From Raillietiella orientalis (Eukaryota), in NCBI GenBank assembly GCA_036172245.1, contig JAYWIR010000022.1:434001-498000 (forward strand): DNA of 64,000 nt, given 5' to 3'. The position numbers and the translations under genes were made by a program. Under the pieces are notes generated by a model. It was given only the letters and a program-made list of their open reading frames with translations, made no database searches and was not told the origin of the DNA. This document shows, piece by piece, positions 1 to 12,934 of this stretch. Position 1 is the first letter of the stretch, and the number at the start of each line of letters is the position of its first letter.

Positions 1-1239
1 GCCGTCTCTTCGGGGCACTTCGTGGAGAATTCCGAGGCAGCGTCTCCCTGATCGGGAGGGGGGGGGGAGTCCCATTCTGTTGCCAGACTCGTCTACCTAG
101 GTCGCGACCCCCGAACCGAAGAGCCAGGAAAAAGGGAAGAAAAGGAAGCGCTCGTTCTCGAGTCTGCCAGAGTCCCTCGACGGATGCCTCCCGAAAGCGG
201 CGGCCGCATCCCCGGGTTTTCGGGGAGCGAGGTCCATCCCGACGCAACGGGACGAACGATTTGCATCGCTGAATGCAAGAAGTAGTTAACGAGGTCCTTT
301 GATTGGCAGATACCCGAGAAGGGACGTGCCTCCCGTGGTCGATACGATCGACTTTCCGGTTCCGCGCCGGAGTTCGGCAAGGCTAATTCGATTTGCTAAT
401 GAGAGAGCAGCGCAAAGATCACGGCGGCAGCGACAGTTGCCCAGTTGCTCTCCTCCCGCGCGGCGAAGCCTTCCGCAGCCTCACCGGCGAGGGCCGCTTT
501 CGCCAATGAGCAACCAGCACCGGAGGCACGGTTGCCCGGTGACGGGATGGCGGCTGCAGAGGCAGCAGCACTCGCGCGACTCGAGCGTGAGACCCGAACC
601 GCAAGACCCGCGGGCTGCAGTCTCAGCCTCTGCAGGGTGGTGGCCGTCCAGTTCGTGCGTCCCCCGGACCGCAGGAGACGAAGCGGCTGGCGGGGGGATC
701 GCGCGAGCCGAGTCTTCCCTCTTCCACCTGGAGCGACGGAAGCGTGAAAAACAAAAGGAAACGAAGTCTGAGGGGAAATCTCGGCCGAACCCGTTGGACC
801 CGCACGTGCCTCGTCGGCCAGGGGCTCCCTCCTTACAGCGCGACCGCACGGCGCCGACGGCTGCGTAGTGCGCTCAGGCACCCCACCCTCACCCACCCCG
901 GCAGACATGGCGGCGCTGGCTACGCGGGCGGTGGCAGAGCTCGGCTTCCTCGCGAGCCGCAGCACCAATGTTGAGCGCCACCATCCGTCTTCCTCACCTA
1001 CCCCGGACTCATCCCTCTCGCAAGCGTTTCCTGCACCTCCTTCCTCCCTGTACGTTCTATAAGCACGAGACCATGGGACCATTAAGGCTTACCCGTTCGC
1101 AGCACGCGTGAGTTCGCGAGCGACGCGATGTCTCCCACCCCTTGGGGTGGACTGCTATTCGACTAGCACCACGGCTCGCCACAAGCCTTCCGCCATGCCC
1201 TCGTGTTGCCCGGATGAAAGGACCGGGCCAAGAGCTCAG

Positions 1240-3640
1240 GAAGAATCGAGGCCGAGGAGCTGCCGGTCCCGAATTTCCCCCGACGTCCCTCCAGCTCCTT
1301 CGATCCAGCCCTCCCTTAGCTCAAAGTCCCCCGGTAGGCAGGTCATTCGTCCCGGGTCACGTTCAGGTGCTCTGTCGCACGCTCCAGCGTCGATGAACGC
1401 GGAGTCGGCGTTGCCCTGCCGTCTCATGTTAACACACACACCTCTCCCGCAGCACCTCCTCTCGGGGAAGGCGCGAGTGCTTCTCCGAGATGGTTCTCGG
1501 GATCGGTTGGGCAGCTCAGGGAGGCGGCGGATCCCCGCTGTGAGTCTGACCTCGTCCCTCGCACAGTCCGCTCCTGGGGAGGCAGACGAGACATGGGAGA
1601 AGAGGAAAGTCGGTCTGGGAGCTCCGGGTCCCAGGAACGGAAGTGTTCCCGGACGGATCTGGTGGTAGCCCGTAGGACCCGATGGCACCTCAGAGGCCGG
1701 CTGAGTGGTAGGGGAAGCTCCTGTCTCCCAATAGAGATCCGAGAGACGGCTGCCTCCGTTTCAGAGAGGACGTTCTCTGGTCATCCCAGCTCAGCACGGG
1801 GAATCCAGCCACGGAGAGCGGGAGAGTTTCACGGGTGCGCCCTGCTGCGCCTGGGGTCGCCAAGGGGGGAAGGTCGACTTCCCGGGCGTAGTGCCACGGC
1901 TGGAAGTGCGGTGGCATCCGCGGATGCACAGTTCTCCCCTCCCTTCTTCCCTACCGAGGGGACCGCGGCCTCTCAGCACAGGCATTTCCTCGGCGTTGTT
2001 TCCCCCGGAATTCCGGTACGAGAGCGCGGCGCGCGAAGGAGCAGTCGGAGGACTCCGAGGCGCGAAAGGGCGGGTCTCGTCTGGGTGTTTTGCTCAGCCG
2101 CCACCCCTCGCCGAGCGGTGCTGCCGTTGCCGGTTGAATGACGCCAAGATACGGCAGCGCCGCTCGGCGAGAGGCGCGGCTCCCAGAACTAGCTCCGGAG
2201 AGGTGCGTGCGAGGCTCCGTCCGCGGAAGAGGCAGCTGACGGGGAAGAAGAGCTCTCCTGAGAACCAGATCCCGGCAACCCTGGGAACGAGGGGTTCGGC
2301 GTCCTGCGGGAGGGAGGGGGAGGATGCTCAATCGAAACTTCCGAACGAACCAGGCGTCTCTCAAGAGGACAGGACTACGAGGGCCGCAGCTCGGTCTCCA
2401 GGGGCTTCCCAAGTCCCTGGGAGAGAGGCTGCAGACTCCTAAATGGACGGATGGCACCAACGACGCTCCAGGGAAGCAGAGGATCCCGAAGAGATCGAGC
2501 TCTCGAGGCTTGTCGGGAGCAGCTGCTAAGAAAGGCGAACGCTTTCCTCCTTTCCTCCTTTCCTTCCTACTTGGGTGCCCGTCCCGCAGGATCGGCTCCT
2601 GGAATCCGCAACCGGGACTCGCAGAAGTCAGTGCTCCTTCCGGAGAAATGAACGTGCAGGTCTCCCACCTTCGCGCGACCTCTGGCGTCGGCAAAGATGC
2701 CATCAGCTCGGAGGAAACTCTTCAGCATGCGAGTGCCAGAGGGTCTCCAGGTGCCCTCCGGCAGCGCTCCTTCCTGCCCCCCCTCCCTTCGCCGACTGCT
2801 CAGAGGGAGGATTCTGTGCGTGCGCCGAGGACGGAGGGAGCCTTCAGTTCGACGCGCCCTGTGCGCTGCCGGCGTGGAGCGTCCGGGAGGAGCTGACCTT
2901 CCTCTTTCGGGTGGGCAGGTCCGTCCGGTTTCGGCTTCCGGATGCGGAGGGTCGCCGATCTCCGCGCACGGAAGTCTTCCTCATTCGAAGTCTCGCGTGC
3001 ATCCGTTGCGGGGGGTCCATCGAGGTCCTCGGAGGACGTGGAAGCCCGGAAGATGGTTGATTGACCTGCTGGTGCGGCGGGCGACCTGCATCCGGCAAGC
3101 TCTGGACGGTGAAGACACGGGTGCGGCTGGCGTCCGGGTGCACCCATGAGGGCGATGGTGCGGTTTCCCAGAGCCTCTTTTGAGGAATGTCTCTCTCAAA
3201 TTGTCTCCCTCGGTCCCGAGGTTTCACCGGTTTCCTTGTCTCTGGTCTTCATTCGATCCTGGTCTGGGTGTTTTGCTTGGCGGCCACCCCCCTCCCCGAG
3301 AGGTGCTGCCGTCGGAGATCGAATGTTGCCAGTGCCGCGGCTCCCAGAACCAGCTCCGGAGGGTGTCTGCAAGGCTCACCCACTCTCTCCCTCTCGGTGG
3401 ACTCCGGAAACCCTCTGCTTCTCCGGAGCGTCGTCGGTGCCATCCGTCCATTTAGGGGTTTGCGGCCTCTTTCCGAGGGACCTGGAAAGCCCCTAGAGAC
3501 TGAGCTGCGTCCCCTGTTGTCCTGATCTCTTGAGGCGACCTGGGGGGCTTTCAGCTGAGGGAGGGCTGGATCGAAGGGGCTGTCGGGACTCCGAGAGAAA
3601 TTTGGAACCAGCAGTTCCTCGGCCTAGGTTCGTCCGGAGC
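1240..3640. repeat. Cluster of diverged dispersed repeat fragments (approximate bounds): 1240-1335 inverted to 3540-3640; 2075-2205 direct to 3255-3370; 2380-2485 inverted to 3410-3515
   Basis: For example, cctaaatggacggatggcaccaacgacgctcc (about 2438) is the near reverse complement of ggagcgtcgtcggtgccatccgtccatttagg (about 3425); cttcgatccagccctcc (about 1298) pairs with ggagggctggatcgaag (about 3559); tctgggtgttttgct occurs at about 2080 and 3263. Confidence 0.75.
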
Positions 3641-4279
3641 CCTCGGCCTGGCACCGTCACTCGAGCGATGTGAGGGCATGTCGAAAGGCTTGTGGCGAGC
3701 AAGAGTGCCAGTTGGGTCGCAGTCCATGCCGTTAGGGCTGGATGGTCGCGAATGCACGCGTGCCGCGCGCTTTTGTAGAATCCCCTGAAACCCTGCGGGG
3801 ATGAGCTGCATGGAATCGATCGACGCTCCAGCCTATCGTTCCCCGCGGGGAAAAGAGGAGGAGGAGGAAGAGATGCCATCTCGCCCCAGAACCCCTGGTA
3901 GGACTATCCCGACACTCTGAACTCTGCGTTCTGATCTCCCCGGAATTCGGGAGCTGCATGCCACCTCACCCTTTCAACAGAGAGGGATGAGGGGATCTTC
4001 GGCAACGGGAGTGGGCGCAATCCGTACAACCAAGGCGGCCAAAGACGTGCTGGATTTGAGAGAGGCTGCCACGTGGGCGCCGGTAGACTTCGGACATCGC
4101 GCATCCCTGCCCCCAAACAGCCCTCAAATCCTGCAGCCTCGCGACCCGGGACTCTCGGACGAACCCGGGGGCCGCCGACCGCGAGATGAACTGAAGAAAA
4201 GGAAGGAAGGGGAAGAGGGGGGGAGGGGGAACGGCGCTCAGGCGTCTGGGCGCAGAGCTCGTTTGGCTCGCTGCTTTCA

Positions 4280-4700
4280 GAGTCGGAGACACCAGCTCCG
4301 GTTTCCATGGTTATCCTTGCATATGCAATGCGCCGCTTCCCGTCTGCTCTCCTTGGGATTTGGGTTTCTTTTCCATTACCGCGCCGTTTTCGCGACGGAT
4401 TCCTGGAAGATTTTCGATTCCGCCACTCTGCGCGCGCTCTGAAGGACTCACTCGACGAGGAGGAGCCATTCCGGCTCGCGCGGAAGAGGGAACCCTTAGC
4501 GTGGGCACTCAATTTGCGATGGGAAGCTGCACCATTCATCTTTCGAAGTATGCGGATCGATTCTCTCGAGGTGTGAGGTGGTGGCTGCATCCATCTTGTA
4601 AATGGCGTTCCTACATCCAGTAGACCTGTCCTTCCGGGTAAATGGGAACGAAGAATTTCATAACGCTCCTCCGAGGGCGCGCGCGACACAACATCCCCCC
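4280..4700 (-). mobile_element. Possible decayed non-LTR retrotransposon RT thumb-region fragment
   Basis: Translation RYEILRSH...IPRRADGKRRIAYARITMETGAGV loosely resembles the YKYLG...LP...LY....GGLG region of R2-like elements. The similarity is weak. Confidence 0.25.
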
Positions 4701-7700
4701 CCATCCATCTGCTCCGCCTGGACGTCAGTATCCGATCTGCATCGTCTGGTTCCCTCCCCCGCCGACCTCGATCTCGCCCTGGGAGCTCGTCGGATGCGAG
4801 AGGTTATTGCCGATGGACCGCGCTCGGGTCCTTCGCTCTCTCGTTCCTGGCCTACCCCGAGCCGAAACTGACCGCCGTTCGCGCCCCGAGCGTCGGCGCT
4901 TCCCGCGGGAGATTCGAAGGAGCAGGGGAAAAAATCGCCGCCTCCTCTCAGCCGCGTGGACAGAGGAGGGAGGAAGCGACGAGTGAAAGATGGACTGACC
5001 AGGCTGCAGGGTCCAGGGCGGCTCAATAGGATCTGAGCGGAAGAAGACGCCGAGAAACCCTGTGGAAGGGTTGGACGCATCCGTAGGAATCAGGGAGCTC
5101 CATCCGCGCAGATGAGACGCCTAGAAGCGGATGACCTTTTCCCGGAGATGCTGCACTTCCACCACAGAACCGCAACTTCCCCCCGGCTTTTCAGATCTCC
5201 TCGGCTTGCCCTCGCCTCGCTCTTACCTCCTCCCTCCCCTCTTTCCCTCCCGGATTATCGGGAGCGGTCGACCGCTTCCGGTGTCCGGGGTTCCAGCATC
5301 CACACGCCAGACAGCAGGAAAGCTCGACTCGAAGAGCGGGCGCAGAGCATCTCATCTTCCAAGGGGAGATCCGATGAACAATTTGCCTCGAAAATGGGGC
5401 CTCCCTTTTGTCTCCCGCCTCGTGCGTTTGACAAGGCGGGCGCATCGACCGCAACCACACGCGCGCGACGCGGGGTTTCCAGGATGGGGGGGGGAAGGGG
5501 GGAGACATCCCCGGAGCGCGAGCGCTAATGAAGAAAAATGAAAGCGTACCTGCCTTCAGCGGTTGCGATTCTGATTCGGATCCGGTGATGCAATCATCTT
5601 TGAAAGGGGGGATGCAGTCGTTTCCTCATCAATCATCTCTAGAAGCCCTTCCTCCCTTCCGTACGGAAAACATAATCACTACAGCAACATCCTACGCAGA
5701 TGTTTATGATTAGATATTATAATAAGACGGGACTCGTCTAAATTCAATTTGATGCATCATCTGGGAAATGCGATGTGTTTCTCTGTTATTGGCATCCGGA
5801 GAACCTGAGGATTGTGGAAGTGACAAGGAGCGGCTTCCGCTGCCCAGCAACGGCGGTAGCGGAGTCTCCCGCCTCTTCCAAAGGTTGTTGCTTCTCGGGG
5901 ATTTTCGTCCGTTCGTTCGTTTACTGAGATTCAGAGGAGTGGGGAAGGAGAATGGGGAGTGGGTGGGCGGGGTGGGGCGGGGTGGAGTCGCGAGGCCGGT
6001 TCAACCCAAGACTCAGGGAACGCGACCCCCGCGTCGCATTGTGAGTGCTTGCCATGAAGGAGGCAGGACGCAACCGATGCTCCTGCGCTTGAGCATCCGG
6101 TTTCCCGTGCACTGAAGAATATCCACATCCAGAAGCGCGCGGAAGGTCAGACAATCGGTGGTTTGGCTTCCGGGTGAACGAAAAGGAAGAGGGCAACAGA
6201 TCCTTGACTGATCAAAAGATAGCGCGCTCTTAAAGAGAACTGTAAAATCATCTTGAGACTATGGACCGGAAGGGAGAAAGGGGTTTGGAACTGGAAGGTC
6301 AAGCGAAAAAGGAGTTAGGGGCATATAAGGTATATACGTCATTCCTTCGTTCCTCGGTCGCCCCACTCCGATAAGCCTCGTCCGCGTGGGCTTGCCAGGG
6401 GACGCAGGGGGACGACCGAGAGTCACCTGAGAAAGTGCGACTACCGCGTGCAGGAGGCCAAGAAATGCTCTTTCCCACACGCGAAGGTGAAGGAAGGCAG
6501 GGAACGAGGAGAGGAGGGCGGAGGCTGAGCAACACCAGCGCTCGTGCTCGAGCTTTGATCCCTGGGCGAAATATGCCGTCCCGCCTGAACGCTCTGGACG
6601 TCAGGAAGCCGGGAAGCCCGCGCAGCATCCGAGTCCATCTCCGGAGGGATTTGGTCCGGTGGACGACGAGCGTCCGCCTTCCGCCTGCGAGGACGCGAAA
6701 ACGGAGGCCGAGTCGGGTGGCACTGCCGTCGGTGTCGCCCTCAGTCAGCTACGGAGCTGGCTGGAGTGCTCCTTCCTCTCCTTCTGGGTTGGCGCTGCCA
6801 TCCGGTGGCGTACGCAGCGGTGGAAGAGTGCATCCGATCGGTCACCGGAGGCGGCTGTTCCCTCTCCTCCGTTATGCGTAAGACCAGTGCCGTCGCGCGG
6901 GCGCACTGGTCCCGTGTTCTACCCATTGGGAGGGCCGGAGAAAGAAGGTAAAAACCCCACCAAACAAACGCGATATCCCCAGGGAAGCGGGCCACTCCCT
7001 TGAGACCCCGAGCGCCCAGGGCGCAATGAAACCATGGGACCTTGACTTCGTGAGTCAGCTCGTGACATGAAGGTCTCCTGGAGTCCTGTTTACTCCTGTC
7101 TCTTGGCTTTGGAGTGGGCTCTCCTCGGCTTGCCTTGACCTCCAGGAGGGTCAGCGGAAGGACTCGCAGGCACGCGAAACTCTGCCTCTCTGCTGACTGC
7201 CTCTCGCGGCACCCCGACTTTGGCTCTTCGAGGACGGGTGGGGTCCACGAAGGCTCCCTTTTCCGAGGGGAAAGGGGGGCGGCCTTGGTCAACAGAGGCT
7301 GCATCTACAGCTGGAGTTTTCCTGTCCCTCTTTGAGCGGAACTTCCGCAAGTTGCGGTTTTCCGGACAACAACCTTGAGGGAATATTCTTCGAGGGATGT
7401 GGGACCGGCCTAGGGGCGTGGCGCGATCCCCAGAATGAAACGTTCAGAACACGGGAAAGCAGATGAAGACGCGAGAGAGCTCTAATCGGGAGCAGGAGAT
7501 TCTACCAGGGGCGCTCTTTTGCGTGATCCACGGATCCAAGGTCTCATGGGAGCTCCAGGGGCATCAAAAGTTGTGGGTTCAAAAATTGTGAGTTGGGGTA
7601 TGAAGCCCAGCCCGCGTCTTCCGTTCTCGGTCTCTGGGAAATCCTCATGAAGGAGTGAGGTCTAATGAGGGTGTTCCTGCTTCCCTGAATACCTGAAGCG

Positions 7701-8864
7701 GAGGAGACCTGGTGACCTTCCTCGGGAGCGAACGGCAAAGAAACGATCGCTCGGAAGCCCCAAATTGGGAGACCTCTAAATCCATGAGGGAGACTGAAAG
7801 TAGGACGAGTAGGAAGTAGGAAGGACGGCAGCTGAGGTGAGGGTCACCTTGTGTCGCAACCACGTCAACTAGAGCTAGCAAGGGGCGCGCGAACTGACCA
7901 TGCAACTTTCGAGAGAGATGAAAGGCTGGTGGCTGGTAACGTGGCAGGCGACTTCGACGGCCCTGACGGATCTGCCCGCTGATTTCCTCGTGTGGAAACT
8001 GCCGTTGCTAACGACGCCCACAGACTTTTCTTGGCAGCGGAAACCACTACTGCATGCCAATACGCACTCTGGAAGGAAGCTGAGATGAGCAGGAGCTGGT
8101 GGCACAGGGATGAAGAGGTTCCACAGGGCAACTGGGACGTGGTGGCCGAGGTGCCCCGAGCTCCCGTGCCGCGTCCCCAGACGGCAAAGTCTCGGATCTC
8201 GGGGGATGCTGTTTCCACACGAGACCCAGTTTCGAGAGAACCTCCGAAAAGTCCGGTAGCATGACGACGAGCTACCTCTGGACCTCTTTCTACTTCTTGC
8301 TCCTGTAAAACGGGGATGCTTCACAAAGGGCACAAACAGAATGGGAACAAGGACGGCAGCACGAAAAACTTCCAGGGCATCCACAGAGTTCATGGCGTCT
8401 TTTCCAAGATGGTGAAAGCGATAGAATGGGTAAGAGGAAGGGAGGGAGGAGTAAGAACTTAGGTGAAGGCGTGAAATGAAAGAGGTCCCAGGGTCCCGGC
8501 TCGGTTCCAGGAGCCAGAAATAGAAGCGTCTCATGCCATGTGGCAGTGCCATGGGGTGGCGGCCATGAGATGGGTAGAATAAAATGGACCAGGAGGTAGG
8601 GTGCATCGTCTCTTTGTGCCTTGGGTTCGGGCTCTCCTGGACAGAGACCGAGCTCGGGTCCATCTGAACGGATGCCTCGGGTGAGGCGGGAAAGAGATTT
8701 TTGGGAAACGCAAGAATCGTACTCCCGTTGATCCTCGAACCGACCTGGTTGGACGACCTAGTTGAAAGCCCCAGTGAGTGGTGGGAAGGTGGCAGGGAGT
8801 TCCGAAACACCGAGCCAGGTCGCGCGGAGCAGCCGCGCGCACTTCCGGGTGAGCCTTCCGGAGG

Positions 8865-9062
8865 CGTTTGGGTAGGGCGCGACAGCGCCAACCCAGAAGA
8901 GGTAGAGTGGACCCAATTGCAGTCGGTGCGCGGACCCACTTTCGGTGGCTCCTCCCGACCCTTCCTCTGAACTCACACCTGCCCTTTCCCTCTACGCTAG
9001 TTTCCGAGAGTCCTGCGCCTCCCCAGTCCGCAAGGATGACCTGCGCAGAGGTCACCTTCGGA
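8865..9062 (-). repeat. Diverged repeat copy of about 10975-11160, probably a retroelement-derived segment
   Basis: Shared blocks gagtggaccca, gtggctcctcccgacccttcctctg, actcacacctg and caaggatgacct occur in the same order at both loci. Confidence 0.75.
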
Positions 9063-10899
9063 TGGGTCGCGGGAGATCGGCCAGTCAGCCTTCGCGAGCT
9101 CCCACGGCGACTCCAGCTCTCAGAAGAACGTCGTTCCGGCTTTTCATCAGCTGCAGCAATGTCCTCCGCCACTGCGTGCTCCCTGCTCCACGCGGGGGCG
9201 AGTGCTGCCGGTCTTTGTTCCTCGCGGCCATCGGGCTTGCCGATCTCCCCGAGGAAAGTTCCTCTTAGAGATTTCTCGCTTCCCTCGAGCCCTCCGGAGT
9301 CCTGCTCTGAGTCCCAGGAACCACTGGAACCAGCTTCCTGCTCGAACTCCGCTGAGGGCTTCTCGTTCGGGTTAGCTGCCGGGGACGCCTCCCTGCCCCC
9401 CCCCCTTCCTTTTAGGAGCTTTGTCCGCTAGCGAATCCAAGGAAAGAGGGGGTCCTCTTTGCGGAAACGGAGAGAGAGGAGGCAAACCTGGTTCGTCGGC
9501 GAGCGCTCGCGGGCTCCTTCGCTCCTAAGGATCGCTCCCCCTTCCGGCACGCGAAGAGGGAAGGAGAGGCCTCGATTAGAAAGATGGCTGCTGCAGGGAG
9601 GAGGCTGCCCATCCAGAAAGAACTTGGCGGAGCAACATTACGTGCGCGGCTGTTCTTCCAAGAAGCTTCCCGGATTGCGTGCGGAGAAAGCCGCTCTTGT
9701 TCGAAGAACGCGCTTGCGTTCGGCTGTCGCCATGGAAGCGCAGGCGACCGGCGGGGCTCTTCTCAAAGCCAGGAGCAATTTTCCAAGCTGCGATGCGTAG
9801 GTCCGCGTGCCTGGGTCTGCTCTTCCGGCGGAGCTGCCGCCTCCCGCCCTCGCCGCGACCGAGACCACCAGAGGACCTCCATGGCACTTTCCTCTCCTCC
9901 GAGCAGTCCTCTGCGTCACGCTGTTCCCGGAAAACCAGGCCAGGCACGCGTCTTCCCTACGTGGCGGAAGGAAAGTGGAAAGCGGCGACTTGACGGACTC
10001 TGACGTGCTCCACGGATGCTTCTCCTCACTTCCCGCGCGGAGCGTCGCGCACTCTACCGGTGGCAGGGGAGGCTGTGAGCGGACATCTTCGGGTTGGTGA
10101 GGGAGGATAAGAGGGGTCGGTCGCGTCCTTCCAACTTCTGGAGCGGCGGCGGGCGGGGGAACTCATCGGGTTGCCCGACACCAGGCGTCCTCCCCCCCTG
10201 CGTCTTGCTCGCGCGAGCTCGCCGGGAGCACCCCGCGGAGCCCAACCAATTTTGCGGAAAGTCGCTCCCGCTAATTGAGGCTCCGCGGAAGCTGCGGTCG
10301 CGTCCCGAGCCGCTGGCGGCGGCAGTGGTCGACATTCCCTGTGACGGTCCAGCCTGACGCTGCCCGAGTTCTCCCAGATAGCATCAGATGAACAGGAGGT
10401 TTCGTTCCTGGAGAAGAGGGGTCCTCCCTCCTCCCTTCCCTAATTACATTTCGTTTTTGTTCTCGCGTCTTCCCTCTTCCTCCTCCTCCTCGTCCCGCTT
10501 GATGGTCGCGACGCGCGCGCCTCTCCTAAAGGGACCGCGAGATATATGGCGGCCTCCAGCGATGTTTATTGGACTCCGGGGGCGCAGCCCTCTTCGCCAA
10601 CGCCCGCCGACTGGTCTCAGTGGGACCGCTCTCCTCCTCCCGACCATTCCCAGTCAGCGACGCGCCTCGTCTCCCTGGATGAACCTCTGCAGCCGTCAGC
10701 AGAACGAGCAGCGGAGACAGAGGGTGCGCGCGGAGGTGTCAGCGCGGCCCCAGGGCGTCCCGCGCGCTACGCCTTCGCTTTGCAGCTCACGCGCACCTGG
10801 ACGGAAGAAACCTTTACGAATTCCCGGGGACCTCTCCCGGAATGCCGCCGCCCACCCCACTCTCGTCTCCTTCCCTCATCCCTCCATGGCGTCACTGTA

Positions 10900-12200
10900 A
10901 GGTGGCGTCCCCTTCCTGCTGACCCTCCGTCTGCGCTGGAGGCGAGCGCTCTGCCCTTCCAGAGGCGTTCGGATCGGGCGCGACTGCATTAAACCGGAAG
11001 AGGTCGAGTGGACCCACTGGCAGTCATTGCGCGGGCCCACTTTCTGTGGCTCCTCCCGACCCTTCCTCTGGACTCACACCTGTCCCTTCCCTCCTCGCTA
11101 GTCTCTCGGAGTCACGCGCCTCCTCAGCCCTCAAGGATGACCTCCGCAGGTCACCTCCGGCTCCGCCTCCCGACAACAGCCTCTTCCCGACTCGCCACGC
11201 CTGGAAGAAGCGGCGGAGGACTCCGGACTTCCCTTCTGACTTTACGCTCCCCGTAGGTTTCTCCTCCTTCACCCATCTGGAGCGACCCTCTCACCCCCCC
11301 TCACCCCTTCCAGGTCAGAACACCCTCGGGAAACGGTCGGGACCGCAGCCGACGGGGGGATCCGCGAACCACCTTGCAGGGTCGCGGACAAGGAACGCTC
11401 TCGCATTCTTCCCCGCCTCTGCCCCAGAGGGCAAGAGCAGGCCACCGCACCTGCGGTCACGCGGGAAGGTCCCTCTCGGTCGCCACGCGCCTCTCGGGAC
11501 GCGAGGAAGAGGAAGGGGGGGCGCTATTTCCACTCTGCATCGAGACGTGGACGCTGCTGGATCCACCGTGGACGAGCACCCAAGGCTCCACCCTCCGGCG
11601 GAGGTGGGGGCGAAGGCGCCTGCCGGACGAAGGGTGAGCGGTCCCAGAGCCATCAATCGGGTGTCAAGTGTGCAGCTTCCCGTTCTCGAATCAGGTGCGA
11701 TGCCTTGGTCCTGAGAAGCCAAAGGGGAGGGTCGTCCGTTCCGCGCGTGGGGTTGCGCAAGGCGATCGTGCGTAACGTCTTTCCAACGCCTCGGATGGTG
11801 CGGACAGCGGCCCGAGAGGACCGGACCTACACGTCAATGTCACACCTTCGCAGGCCCATCCCGAAACCGCGGTTCCTTCTCGTCGCCGCGCGGTGAGTTG
11901 GCGGCACGCGCAGGTCCCCCGCGTGCGAGGGTTTCCCGGTGTCCCATGCTTCGTCGTGGGACGCAGGAAAGCCGCGTGATGAGAGTGGACAGAAGAGTGA
12001 AAGCGGGCGAGTACTTCTCTCCATGGCAGCTCCCTCGTCACCCAGGAAGATCCGGAAGAGAGGGCGACAGACCTTCCGCCCGGCTCTCTCGGAAGGATGG
12101 GTCGCGAGGAGACAGAGTGTTCCGATCTGGAGATCTGCTAGCGTCTTCACAGGTCATCCGGCGCCGCCGGATTGCGGAAGTCCTTGCCGGGGGAGGGGAG
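10900..12200 (-). mobile_element. Highly decayed non-LTR retrotransposon reverse transcriptase remnant, possibly R2-like
   Basis: Across frameshifts, degenerate motifs appear in the expected order: RPLSL..., FHSSVHSH (cf. AFDSVxH), GVTLTCRSGPLGPLS (cf. GVxQGDPLS), SPLASQDQ (cf. LAFADD), RCGGLLLP (cf. GGLGLP). There is no intact ORF. Confidence 0.4.
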
Positions 12201-12934
12201 GAGGAGTCATCGGGCATCCTCGACTAATGGAGGGGTTGATTAATAGTTGCTCGGGAAGCCCCGCATCCCGGCTCCATCATCTAATGGTCTTGGAAGGGAG
12301 AGGATCCTCGCGAGAGTTCTATCGCCGCTGCCCAGGGCCCGCCGTTTCCAGGAGGGGGTCGGGCAGCTTCCGAGCTAGTGAGATGGTGGCTCCTTTGTTG
12401 AAAGGGAAGGGGATGGAGAAGACGCCTCGGGATCTCCTTCCCCCACCGGGAACACACGCAAGGGTCTCCGGGAGCCTTCCGTCCGGCGAGCTGCGTTCCC
12501 TTGGAAGGATAGCACCGGGGAAAGGAAGGAGGGAGAGCGTCCCGTCCTGCCTGCAATTACCAGGGACGTCCATTAGCGGGAATTGCGCCAAGCAGATGGC
12601 CGTCCCTCCCTCCCCAGGCGCAGCTGCCTGCTCTCCCGGTCCGGCTGTTCCCATCGGGTTCTGCAGCGGTCGGTCCTCCGACCAACGGGAAGCGCTGCAT
12701 CTCTCATCCCCCGAGCGCCGCTGCCGGGCAGAGCAGCCAGCCCGGCAGCGCCTCGAGTGGCAGGAGAGGTATGAACCCGGCAAACTGACCGTGTCAGACG
12801 GGTCACCACCGGTCGGCGCTCGCGCCCTCGGCTTTTCCTCCTCCTCCCTTCTTCGGGGATCTGGGGCCCCTCCCCCAGATCCGGAACACCCCTCCGGTCA
12901 GCTTGCATCTCGACCCCTGGCTCTCCTCTTGCAG

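Noticed and set aside
5768..6040. Candidate Beat first exon (MRCVSLLLAS..., donor gtgagt at 6041)
   Set aside because: The donor is phase 0 in this frame but exon 12935 needs phase 1, and there is no convincing signal peptide.
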